A stretch of 41,294 bases of DNA from a virus (Duplodnaviria; Heunggongvirae; Uroviricota; Caudoviricetes). The stretch lies in IMG/VR virus record IMGVR_UViG_3300033074_000010, positions 1-41,294 of that record; one strand, 5' to 3'. The position numbers and the translations under genes were made by a program. Positions 33,877 through 41,205 of the stretch are shown here, piece after piece. The notes under the pieces are model-generated. The model saw only the letters and a list, made by a program, of their open reading frames with translations. It ran no database searches and was not told the DNA's origin. The number at the start of each line of letters is the position of its first letter. Position 1 is the stretch's first letter.

Positions 33877-36138
33877 CTACTCCAAATCCTCCTCTGTCAC
33901 CACCAGCATTTCATTTGGTTCGTATATTGTCTTCGGGATCTTGTTGTCGTTTATACCCCACGGCAACCGGTATTGCTTAGGGATAGGCCTGTTGTTGTTA
34001 TCCAGGCCTGAGACGATAACCCCAGCCTCGTGCATCTCTTCCAGTTTCTTTCGAAGGTCGTTATTAGCGTTAATCGGTACGCCGTAACTATCTTCTTTAG
34101 CGGCTTTGACGATAGCTGACATGGAAAACCCCCGCTTGTCGTCGCCCTGCTCCTGCAATTTACCCAATGCGTAAATAACCGTAGCTTCTTTGGTGTCCAG
34201 TTTCTCGAACTGGCCTACCTTTTCTTTAACGGCTTCCTTCTGTTCGTCGGTCATACCTTCTACTTTCTTCACGAAGACAGAGAAGGAGTTAAAGTTAACA
34301 AAGACATCGATGTGCGGATTTCCTGCGTCAAAATCTCGTACATCGTCACTACTGTACCCTTCCGGGAGTCCCATGAAGTTGTGAGTTGGTTCTTTCTTTT
34401 CTGGGGGCTCCGCTATCTGAATCTTCTGTATTACGAACCCTCTGGCTTTCTGCCGTTCTCCGTTTCGGTTCTTTATGTGATACAGATTTATCTCTAAGTT
34501 ATTGTCGTTGTCTGGTTTATGCAGGAACATCCCGTTATCGATGGAGTTGTGAAAGTCGCTCCCACCCTTCGGCATCATGCCGTTTTCGGACGGTACTGTT
34601 TCGTCGATGTTTTTAGTCGGGTGCACCATAGCGCCGACCGCAGCGTTAAGCGTTGCCGCTATTTCGTTAAGCGCCTGCGCCGCTTCTTTCATCGACCTGT
34701 TATCGTTTTCGTCGAAGCCCGGTATGCAAGTTTGTAGGGTATCAAACGTAACCTTTACAATTTTCTCTTCACCGGCAACACGGCGCATCATTCTCACCGC
34801 CTGGCGGCGCCACGCCTCATCAAGTAAATTACACCCATCGGCGACACAATCGATAATGTGCAAGCGGTCCAGGCTATCCCCGAGGGCAATCTGCAAAGAC
34901 TTTTTATGTCGCTCGAACGACTGCGCACCTTCACCCGCAAAAATGAACGCATGTCCTTCTGCGACCTCAGCCCCGCCGAACGCATATCTTTTTTCAGCGG
35001 CAATAGCGGCGTCAATCGCCATACTAAATGTTGACTTACCAGTGTGGGACTTTGCGCAAATGTAGAAGGATTCATTAGTCTGCATAAGGCCGTCTACGAC
35101 GGAGTAAGCAGGTTCTTTTTCTACTTCCGGCTCGTCTTCAAGGTCTTCCAGCGTGCAAGTTACAGGCTCTTCGTTCTCTGTGCGGTGCAATTCCTCAATC
35201 TCTTCGTCCGGTAAATCCGGCAAAGCCGCACGAATGCTGTTAATACTGATAGGTTGCTTGTCTACGTTAAGCTCGTCTGGCAGTCCGCACATACGCAAGG
35301 CCAAATGTTGTCGACGGTTAAGTTCAGTGCAAGCGCCGTTGTTTGTGTGCTGGCACACGAAGCGCACTTCTTTACCGTCAAGCATAATGCTGGTGGAACC
35401 TTTTCCGGTGTGCAGGTGTTCGTTAGGGCAAGGCACTTCGTACCCGCGGCCGGAAGATAGAGCGTCAAGACCTAACTCAGCTTCGCAGAAATGGGCTATA
35501 TCTGCGTTAAGCCCGTGCTCATCGGCAGCAAGCGTCTTAGCTTCACGCTTACGCAATCCCATCTCTTCGGCTTTCTTGATGTACCGCTCAGCACGGATAA
35601 CCCGCCCTTCTGTAACCGTTATCTTTGACTCTTTATGCGGCAGGTAGATAAGGCGATTGCCGTCTTCCGTGCAGTGGTCGCGCAATGCTTCGTCTATTTC
35701 TAACTCGGCACAAATAGCACGTTGCACCATCCACGCATCGTTAGAGTTAAACGGCGTGCGAGCCGGAACCAGAACGCGGAAGGCGTAATCCCCGTTTTTG
35801 CACGCGTGCCGGTGTGACGCCGTTGTATGCAGAATGTTGAAGAACGGCGCATTCTTAAATTTGCGTGTCAGGTTGCGGTACTGAGTACGGTTGAGATGGT
35901 CAAAGTCGAACTTAACCACACTGTCTTCCAGAATCGCGTTCTTACGGCGACCACCAACAGGTGCGATAGCTTTCTGTTTAATCTTGGCGGCGTCGTACTC
36001 TTCCTTAGTCCACGACGGGTCCACGGATAAACGCTTCGATGTATCACAGACATACTCTACGAACTGCTCCAGCGGCATTTCACGCGCTACAGGGTTTTTA
36101 TCGAATGTGTTACGCAGCGTTGCAAAAACAATATTCAT
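33877..36138 (-). CDS. DNA primase (AEP/PrimPol-like) with C-terminal P-loop NTPase domain
   Basis: DxD motif VVKFDFDHL; Cys/His zinc-binding cluster CPNEHLH...CQHTNNGAC; Walker A AKSHTGKST. Confidence 0.75.
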   Translation of the reverse strand: MNIVFATLRNTFDKNPVAREMPLEQFVEYVCDTSKRLSVDPSWTKEEYDAAKIKQKAIAPVGGRRKNAILEDSVVKFDFDHLNRTQYRNLTRKFKNAPFFNILHTTASHRHACKNGDYAFRVLVPARTPFNSNDAWMVQRAICAELEIDEALRDHCTEDGNRLIYLPHKESKITVTEGRVIRAERYIKKAEEMGLRKREAKTLAADEHGLNADIAHFCEAELGLDALSSGRGYEVPCPNEHLHTGKGSTSIMLDGKEVRFVCQHTNNGACTELNRRQHLALRMCGLPDELNVDKQPISINSIRAALPDLPDEEIEELHRTENEEPVTCTLEDLEDEPEVEKEPAYSVVDGLMQTNESFYICAKSHTGKSTFSMAIDAAIAAEKRYAFGGAEVAEGHAFIFAGEGAQSFERHKKSLQIALGDSLDRLHIIDCVADGCNLLDEAWRRQAVRMMRRVAGEEKIVKVTFDTLQTCIPGFDENDNRSMKEAAQALNEIAATLNAAVGAMVHPTKNIDETVPSENGMMPKGGSDFHNSIDNGMFLHKPDNDNNLEINLYHIKNRNGERQKARGFVIQKIQIAEPPEKKEPTHNFMGLPEGYSSDDVRDFDAGNPHIDVFVNFNSFSVFVKKVEGMTDEQKEAVKEKVGQFEKLDTKEATVIYALGKLQEQGDDKRGFSMSAIVKAAKEDSYGVPINANNDLRKKLEEMHEAGVIVSGLDNNNRPIPKQYRLPWGINDNKIPKTIYEPNEMLVVTEEDLE

Positions 36139-36263
36139 TTCTTTTTCTCCGCACGTTCTAAGGCTTCCTGCATACGGCGCATTGCGCGGTTCATCTTTAC
36201 CGGTGCGAAGAAATCAGCGCCGTGTTTCTGGCGGCGTAGCTGTGGAACTATTAACTTCGTCAT
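36135..36263 (-). CDS. hypothetical small basic protein (42 aa)
   Basis: Hand-translated MTKLIVPQLRRQKHGADFF...; RBS AAGGA; stop overlaps primase ATG. Confidence 0.4.
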   Translation of the reverse strand: MTKLIVPQLRRQKHGADFFAPVKMNRAMRRMQEALERAEKKK

Positions 36264-36313
36264 TGTATAATCCTTGTGCTTACTTTGATGATTTATGCTT
36301 CGGCCCCGACGTT

Positions 36314-36547
36314 CTAGCGTTGGGGTTTCTTTTGTCTACGCACCGCATTAACCCACTCCCCTTCGCTACGGTAAAAACTGCAATCAAGGATATCCTCTAT
36401 AGAAAATTTAACTATTTTAGTGGGTCCACAAAAGTTATAAGGGAAAAGTTCTACATAACACCCATCGTCGGTTATATTTGACGCAATCTTGAAATAATAT
36501 TTAATGCTGCCGTCTTCGCGGAAGCTACAACCCATACGCCCAATCAT
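36314..36547 (-). CDS. hypothetical protein (77 aa), AT-rich
   Basis: ORF track; start overlaps stop of AlpA-like gene. Confidence 0.45.
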   Translation of the reverse strand: MIGRMGCSFREDGSIKYYFKIASNITDDGCYVELFPYNFCGPTKIVKFSIEDILDCSFYRSEGEWVNAVRRQKKPQR

Positions 36548-36714
36548 TTCACGTTCTCCTTAATCCACGCTTCAACTTTATTACGGTCGAATGTTCCCGG
36601 CATCCGGCGACCCATTACTTTAACGCCGCAATCTGGAAACTTTCCACTCTTAATCCAGTTATTAATTGTCTGGCGGGTGACACCGATTAATTCTGCAACT
36701 TCATTGATAGTCAT
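36544..36714 (-). CDS. AlpA-like HTH DNA-binding protein
   Basis: MTINEVAELIGVTRQTINNWIKSGKFP matches AlpA/MerR-like phage regulator pattern; ATG 36714 after AGGAGA (track ORF extends to 36804). Confidence 0.65.
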   Translation of the reverse strand: MTINEVAELIGVTRQTINNWIKSGKFPDCGVKVMGRRMPGTFDRNKVEAWIKENVK

Positions 36715-36743
36715 TTCACGTTCTCCTATGTAAGATATACCGA

Positions 36744-36772
36744 AGTATAAGGCGGTAACTTTGTAAAAGCAA
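36744..36772 (-). promoter_or_regulatory. sigma70-like promoter for leftward early operon
   Basis: Read on - strand: TTGCTT (36767-36772), 17 nt, TATACT (36744-36749). Confidence 0.5.
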
Positions 36773-36794
36773 CCAAAACACCACACAAAGTTAC
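36755..36794. promoter_or_regulatory. inverted repeat, candidate operator
   Basis: 10-bp arms GTAACTTTGT (36755-36764) and ACAAAGTTAC (36785-36794) separated by 20 bp; left arm overlaps promoter spacer. Confidence 0.45.
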
Positions 36795-36819
36795 TAAAAT
36801 ACAAAAGATGCTACTAGTA

Positions 36820-36848
36820 TTGACTTTTACTGAGAAATATGGTAAGCT
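36820..36848 (+). promoter_or_regulatory. sigma70-like promoter (extended -10)
   Basis: TTGACT (36820-36825), 17 nt, TGgTAAGCT (36840-36848); same hexamers as promoter at 7090-7118. Confidence 0.55.
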
Positions 36849-36851
36849 CGT

Positions 36852-36963
36852 CCTGAGCTTGTGAAGTATGAACAAGCGACCGCGGTGCGCGGCAGGCGAA
36901 ACGAGCACGTCTCGACGTGTGGAGTGAGCCTCGCTGACGCATTCGGAAGGGCCATAGTCTATT
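36852..36963 (+). ncRNA. candidate structured RNA / cis-regulatory leader, copy B (family unassigned)
   Basis: Paralogue of 7122-7230; no ORF of 60 aa or more on + strand; identical 5' 34 nt and near-identical 3' block. Confidence 0.4.
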
Positions 36964-37118
36964 ATAATTCCCCGCCTAAATATCTAAGTTATTGATTTGC
37001 CGTAGGTCAGAACCGCAAGCTCACTCACTCACTCTTGGTGCCTTCGGCACCACGTTCGTTTCGTTTCGCTCGCTACCCCATTAAACAAAAGAATCACAAC
37101 GGCAACGTAACTAATCTC

Positions 37119-37147
37119 TTGCACACCCCAATATAATAGGGTACTAT
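37119..37147 (+). promoter_or_regulatory. promoter with conserved box (site 6)
   Basis: TTGCAC (37119-37124), 17 nt, TACTAT (37142-37147); box ATATAATAGGGTACTATTCAC; leader AAACGAGACAGAGGAG precedes ATG. Confidence 0.5.
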
Positions 37148-37181
37148 TCACTTATCGAAACGAGACAGAGGAGTGAGGGTT

Positions 37182-37373
37182 ATGTTTAAGAATGGTCAGT
37201 TGGTTAAATGCGCCGACGGTGAACACGGCATAATTGAATTAAAATCTAAGTTATTTCCCGGTGAGTACGTAGTGACCGTGCAAAAGGTGAGAGGGGTAAA
37301 TTCACAAATATACGTAGAAGAGGAGAACTTAAAACTCATCGGCAACAATTTTAAATTAAAAGGGGCGAAGTGA
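37182..37373 (+). CDS. hypothetical protein (63 aa), AT-rich
   Basis: ATG 37182 9 nt after GAGGAG; track ORF 37173..37373. Confidence 0.5.
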   Translation: MFKNGQLVKCADGEHGIIELKSKLFPGEYVVTVQKVRGVNSQIYVEEENLKLIGNNFKLKGAK

Positions 37374-37576
37374 TGGAAGAATTATTTGAAGAACTGAAAC
37401 ATCATGATTTCGAGGAAATATATTTCGTAGCTGAACGCTACGAGGTGCATTTATCGGACGGGATTACAATTATTACGATGGATAGCCAGCAAATGCTAAA
37501 TAGCTTACAGGCAATCAAAACGGCATCGAATCGTGATGCTTGTGCCGACGACTCTGAGGGAGGTTGCCGTGAATAA
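37373..37576 (+). CDS. hypothetical acidic protein (67 aa)
   Basis: ATG overlapping upstream stop; track ORF 37370..37576. Confidence 0.45.
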   Translation: MEELFEELKHHDFEEIYFVAERYEVHLSDGITIITMDSQQMLNSLQAIKTASNRDACADDSEGGCRE

Positions 37577-37636
37577 TTACCTGTTTATTTTAATAGTCAG
37601 CGCCGTTTATGTGGTGCACGCGTTGTGGGGGTTGAT

Positions 37637-37831
37637 ATGAGTCCTTATAACCGGTTTCGTCTGGAGCGTCTACGTCGCGGATTAAGTAACGCTAAATTAG
37701 CTCTCGATATATGGGAGAGTACGCCATATTCTTCCTCGAAGGCATGGTTTGTAGCCCGTGCTAAAGCGTCCGTACAGTATCGCGAGTACAAGTTAAACAG
37801 TTTCCTTAAACACCACGGGGTAGAGCTATGA
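37637..37831 (+). CDS. hypothetical protein (64 aa)
   Basis: ATG 37637 after GGGGG; track ORF 37625..37831. Confidence 0.45.
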   Translation: MSPYNRFRLERLRRGLSNAKLALDIWESTPYSSSKAWFVARAKASVQYREYKLNSFLKHHGVEL

Positions 37832-37977
37832 GAGAAGCATTTGAACGGTGGGCCGTCGTCGAGGGTCTGCCGGTTAACAAGGGCTCGAAGAAAGAGTACC
37901 TGAACGTTAAGACGCGTCTCGCGTGGCGGGCGTGGAAAGCAGGAGTGCAAGCTCGTGCTGGTGTAACAGGTCAATAG
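37828..37977 (+). CDS. hypothetical small protein (49 aa)
   Basis: Hand-translated MREAFERWAVVEGLPVNKGSKKEYLNVKTRLAWRAWKAGVQARAGVTGQ; ATGA overlap; followed by terminator. Confidence 0.4.
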   Translation: MREAFERWAVVEGLPVNKGSKKEYLNVKTRLAWRAWKAGVQARAGVTGQ

Positions 37978-38000
37978 TTTAAGATTTTACTGAGTGACTT

Positions 38001-38030
38001 ACGCTGCTACACAGCAGCGTATCATTTTTC
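38001..38030 (+). terminator. rho-independent terminator
   Basis: Stem ACGCTGCT/AGCAGCGT (38001-38020), ACAC loop, then ATCATTTTTC. Confidence 0.6.
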
Positions 38031-38114
38031 TCATTTTTGTTCTATTTCACCAAACGCAACAATCGAAGCGACTATTGCAGGAGATGCAACAATACAAACA
38101 CCAATAAAATTTAC

Positions 38115-38143
38115 TTGCACACTAAGATAGAATAGGCTACTAT
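38115..38143 (+). promoter_or_regulatory. promoter with conserved box (site 7)
   Basis: TTGCAC (38115-38120), 17 nt, TACTAT (38138-38143); box AGAATAGGCTACTATTCAT; leader AAACGAGAGGAGAGA precedes ATG. Confidence 0.5.
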
Positions 38144-38174
38144 TCATTTACACAAACGAGAGGAGAGACAGAAG

Positions 38175-38294
38175 ATGTATAAGTATCTGACGGTTGAGAA
38201 ACTGGAACAGCTTTATGCTGAGTTGCGAGTTTGCAGTGTATGCAGCGGCGACAACGAGCATGTTTACGGCGAACTGGAGGTAGCTGATGAGTAA
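38175..38294 (+). CDS. hypothetical small protein (39 aa)
   Basis: Hand-translated MYKYLTVEKLEQLYAELRVCSVCSGDNEHVYGELEVADE; RBS GAGAGGAGAG; stop overlaps next ATG. Confidence 0.4.
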   Translation: MYKYLTVEKLEQLYAELRVCSVCSGDNEHVYGELEVADE

Positions 38295-38712
38295 CAAAAA
38301 CGAAGTATTCGAGTACCTGATTGACCAGCTACGGCAGCAGGTAAACAGCAGCCCGTACAAGCAACAGTGTGAAGACCTGGCGCATGAGGTGTTGTCACTC
38401 AAGAATCAGTTACGTGATGCTTCGGCGCAGATTAAGGAGTTGCATCTGGCTCTGTCCCAAGCTACGGGTGACGTGGAGGCGTATAAACTTATCCGCAAAG
38501 GTGGGTACGTTTCCGCAGGCCAGCGCTACGTGGTTGGCGAACATGCGCCCGGGCCAACGGTAAATTGTCGGTGCACACAGACGCCTGTACCGCCGGAGCA
38601 ATCTGGTTGCCGTAAGGAAGATACGCAGGAGTGCCGCCACGACTTTGAATACATATACCCTGAAAGCGGGGTGCACCGTCATTGTATTAAATGTGGATGG
38701 ATAACCGAATGA
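38287..38712 (+). CDS. hypothetical protein with Cys-rich C-terminus (141 aa)
   Basis: ORF track; C-terminal cysteines (NCRC...GC...ECRHD...HCIKCGW) suggest a zinc-binding module. Confidence 0.55.
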   Translation: MSNKNEVFEYLIDQLRQQVNSSPYKQQCEDLAHEVLSLKNQLRDASAQIKELHLALSQATGDVEAYKLIRKGGYVSAGQRYVVGEHAPGPTVNCRCTQTPVPPEQSGCRKEDTQECRHDFEYIYPESGVHRHCIKCGWITE

Positions 38713-38912
38713 CCAGCATCCTATTTATATGGGTATTGTCTGCGGGCCAGATGCAACTCGCGGCATCAGAAACGTTTTACTCGATGGAGGCGTGCCAGTC
38801 AGCGGCACGCGCCGCAGAGAACGCGCACTTCCTGTTTCAGGGTGACAAGCCCAACGATTCAGAGGTACGCGCTATCTGCTCACCTAAGCGACTTGGTAAA
38901 CAGGAGAGATAA
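38709..38912 (+). CDS. hypothetical secreted or membrane-anchored protein (67 aa)
   Basis: ATG 38709 in ATGA overlap; N-terminal hydrophobic signal-like segment MTSILFIWVLSAGQMQLAA. Confidence 0.45.
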   Translation: MTSILFIWVLSAGQMQLAASETFYSMEACQSAARAAENAHFLFQGDKPNDSEVRAICSPKRLGKQER

Positions 38913-38913
38913 C

Positions 38914-39195
38914 ATGGTACAGAGATATGAGCTTAAAGATGTTAGTGAATACCCCTACGACCCGTATAACGACCTGGTGGAGAGTGACGAAGGTGTTTGG
39001 GTTAGCTACGAAGACTACAAGGAACTGGACAACAGATTCCAGGACTACGTAGTTACAACAGAGATGGAAGTAGCGGAACTTGTGGCAAGACTGGCAGAAG
39101 TAAATGCCGAGTTACAGAAATACAAAGACCAGTTTCCGGATTACGTCGAGTGCGCGAACTGTGGGTCAGTTACACATGTGGAAGGGGTGGAGTGA
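38914..39195 (+). CDS. hypothetical protein (93 aa), paralogue of next gene
   Basis: ATG 38914 after CAGGAGAG; N-terminus MVQRY and YEDYKEL motif shared with downstream ORF. Confidence 0.5.
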   Translation: MVQRYELKDVSEYPYDPYNDLVESDEGVWVSYEDYKELDNRFQDYVVTTEMEVAELVARLAEVNAELQKYKDQFPDYVECANCGSVTHVEGVE

Positions 39196-39398
39196 TGGTG
39201 CAGAGATATGTTGCGTCTTATAACGACTATTATACCCATGAAGACGGGGAATTTGTTACTTACGAAGACTACGTGGAACTCGAGACCGCCGTTATCGCAC
39301 TACTCGTGGATATAAACCGACGCTATCCTGGGGAAGGGTTTAAGTGCCCGTTAATACTTAAACTCGCGGAGATTGTGGAACATGAGCCTCGCAACTGA
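39195..39398 (+). CDS. hypothetical protein (67 aa), paralogue of previous gene
   Basis: ATG 39195 overlapping upstream stop; begins MVQRY, contains YEDYVEL. Confidence 0.5.
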   Translation: MVQRYVASYNDYYTHEDGEFVTYEDYVELETAVIALLVDINRRYPGEGFKCPLILKLAEIVEHEPRN

Positions 39399-39675
39399 CA
39401 TCCTGAAACGAAGCGGCCTTGCGCCGCTGTCACCGAGAGCGAACACCCGAATATACAAGCGCCGTCGTAACGCGCTGTACCCGGAGATACAAGAACGGCG
39501 CAAAGCTATCCGCGCCTGTGGGTTCCAGAACGGGAAGGCCGTGAACCTCGGTGAGTTCAAAACACAAGAGCGCGCCGCAATCGCTAATCGGTTATTTAAT
39601 TACTGGAAGTCGCTGGGGTACGATGATATTCCGACGAAACCACAGAGACGACAATACATCTGGAGACACAAATGA
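39382..39675 (+). CDS. hypothetical basic protein (97 aa)
   Basis: ATG 39382; Arg/Lys-rich; track ORF 39373..39675. Confidence 0.45.
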   Translation: MSLATDILKRSGLAPLSPRANTRIYKRRRNALYPEIQERRKAIRACGFQNGKAVNLGEFKTQERAAIANRLFNYWKSLGYDDIPTKPQRRQYIWRHK

Positions 39676-40109
39676 CTACTATCGCGTTCGACGGAAGGAC
39701 CATGGCCTGTGATACCCGAGTAGCCGGGGACCACATTTACAACACAGATACCAAGATATATGAGAACGAGTTTGTTGTTATCGGTGTGGCGGGTAATGCT
39801 GAAGCTGGTATCCTTTTAGTGAGGGACGATGGCATTTTAGTACCTAAGCATTATGATTTTGATTTCTCTGCTTTGGTGTACGTGAAAGACACGGAAAAGG
39901 TGTATAAAGTCGCATTTTATAAATCATGGGATTGTGCACTTAGTTCAGTTATTCCGATTGCTGATAGCTTTGCCGCCGTCGGCTCTGGTGCACCATATGC
40001 ACTAGCGGCTATGTATTTAGGCCATACAGCGACACGTTCTGTAACAGTAGCCACCCAATTCGACACCAACACCGGCGGCAAGATTATTACCAAACAACTA
40101 TTAGGATAA
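39672..40109 (+). CDS. HslV-like / proteasome-type Ntn-hydrolase peptidase (putative)
   Basis: N-terminus MTTIAFDG (Thr after initiator Met, as in HslV MTTIV); GSGAPYALAA matches HslV GSGGPYAQAA; 145 aa. Confidence 0.55.
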   Translation: MTTIAFDGRTMACDTRVAGDHIYNTDTKIYENEFVVIGVAGNAEAGILLVRDDGILVPKHYDFDFSALVYVKDTEKVYKVAFYKSWDCALSSVIPIADSFAAVGSGAPYALAAMYLGHTATRSVTVATQFDTNTGGKIITKQLLG

Positions 40110-40123
40110 TTCCTACCCGTGGT

Positions 40124-40163
40124 ATCCTCCAGTTACTGCATACTTAATACGCACCTGGAGGAT
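40124..40163 (+). promoter_or_regulatory. inverted repeat sequestering holin ribosome-binding site
   Basis: 9-bp arms ATCCTCCAG (40124-40132) and CTGGAGGAT (40155-40163), 22-nt loop; right arm contains GGAGGA 6 nt before the TTG start at 40169. Confidence 0.4.
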
Positions 40164-40168
40164 TCATC

Positions 40169-40477
40169 TTGGATAAATTTACTGAAACAGTGACGGGGTG
40201 GCTTCTCGCTGCCGCACTGGTCGGTGGATTGGTCGGACTAAGACAACATAAAAAGTCTATATCCGGGCCGATTGACGGACTGGTATTTCTTCTCACCGGC
40301 TTCGCGTGTGCTATTTTCGGCGCGCCTCTTGCCGCTCAATGGTTTGGAATCACTGGTGAGCGCGAGATAGCTGGCCTCGGATTCATCATTGCCATTCTCT
40401 GGATGCCAATCTATTCCCGCCTTTCTGGCATCGTATCTGGCGGCGATATTGCCCGCCCAGGAGGACCTCATGACTGA
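40169..40477 (+). CDS. holin (putative, three TM segments)
   Basis: 102 aa with three hydrophobic helices; TTG start; immediately upstream of endolysin block. Confidence 0.5.
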   Translation: MDKFTETVTGWLLAAALVGGLVGLRQHKKSISGPIDGLVFLLTGFACAIFGAPLAAQWFGITGEREIAGLGFIIAILWMPIYSRLSGIVSGGDIARPGGPHD

Positions 40478-40742
40478 GCTATTCTGGTTTGTCACAATGC
40501 TTTCAATGGGCGCTTCGTCCCTGTTCAACGTGTACAATGAACGCGTGGACGACGGGCTGTTCGGGCGTGTTCTCTATATCCTGACTGCTATCGTCTGTGC
40601 CGCCGGATGTATTCACCTGTTACAGGGCAGCATGTCACCCACGCTGCCTGAGACATTAATCACATTAGTTGCGCTGCGCCAGATTCGTCAGGCGTGGCTG
40701 TCGTACGGAGGACATAAGCGTGTCTCGAAACATTTCAGATAA
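40470..40742 (+). CDS. membrane protein, holin/antiholin-like (putative)
   Basis: ATG 40470 after GGAGGA, overlaps upstream stop; two hydrophobic helices; track ORF 40389..40742. Confidence 0.45.
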   Translation: MTELFWFVTMLSMGASSLFNVYNERVDDGLFGRVLYILTAIVCAAGCIHLLQGSMSPTLPETLITLVALRQIRQAWLSYGGHKRVSKHFR

Positions 40743-41205
40743 TGGATTGCATTTCACTGCTGCATTCGAGGGATTCCGCGGAACTGCGTATCGCGCTACG
40801 CCGAACGAGAAGTACCTGACTATTGGCTACGGGCATTACGGGCCTGACGTAACTCCAGGCAAGACCATCACTCCCGGGCAAGGCCTCCTGTTACTGAATC
40901 GTGATATGGCTAAGGCTGTAGCCGCGGTTGACGCAGCAGCACACCATTCACTGACACAGGCGCAGTTTGATGCTGTGTGCGACCTGGTCTATAACGCTGG
41001 TGCTGGCGTGATTGCGTCTACTACGGGCACGGGCAAGGCCCTGCGCTCAGGAGATATTGCAACACTGCGTGCCAAGCTGGCGCGGTTCATCAATCAGAAC
41101 GGCAAACCGTTACTTGGCCTGCGTCGCCGTACCGCAGGACGTCTGGCATTGTTCGACGGTAAACCGTGGCAGGAGGCTGAGGCTATTGGGAGAGCCGTTA
41201 AATGA
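40720..41205 (+). CDS. endolysin, GH24 lysozyme (P22 gp19 / T4 e-like)
   Basis: Catalytic region EGFRGTAYRATPNEKYLTIGYGHYG; C-terminal LLGLRRRTAGRLALF resembles P22 lysozyme; GTG 40720 7 nt after GGAGGA (track ORF begins TTG 40669). Confidence 0.8.
   Translation: MSRNISDNGLHFTAAFEGFRGTAYRATPNEKYLTIGYGHYGPDVTPGKTITPGQGLLLLNRDMAKAVAAVDAAAHHSLTQAQFDAVCDLVYNAGAGVIASTTGTGKALRSGDIATLRAKLARFINQNGKPLLGLRRRTAGRLALFDGKPWQEAEAIGRAVK

Noticed and set aside
34577-36481. Several + strand ORFs (34577..35065, 35153..35647, 35891..36481)
   Set aside because: All antisense to the primase gene and its neighbours, which have recognisable motifs and RBSs; none has a convincing start.
38041-38100. Direct repeat GCAACAAT (two copies ~30 bp apart) upstream of promoter site 7
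   Set aside because: Only two short copies, which could arise by chance in AT-rich intergenic DNA; not enough to call iterons.
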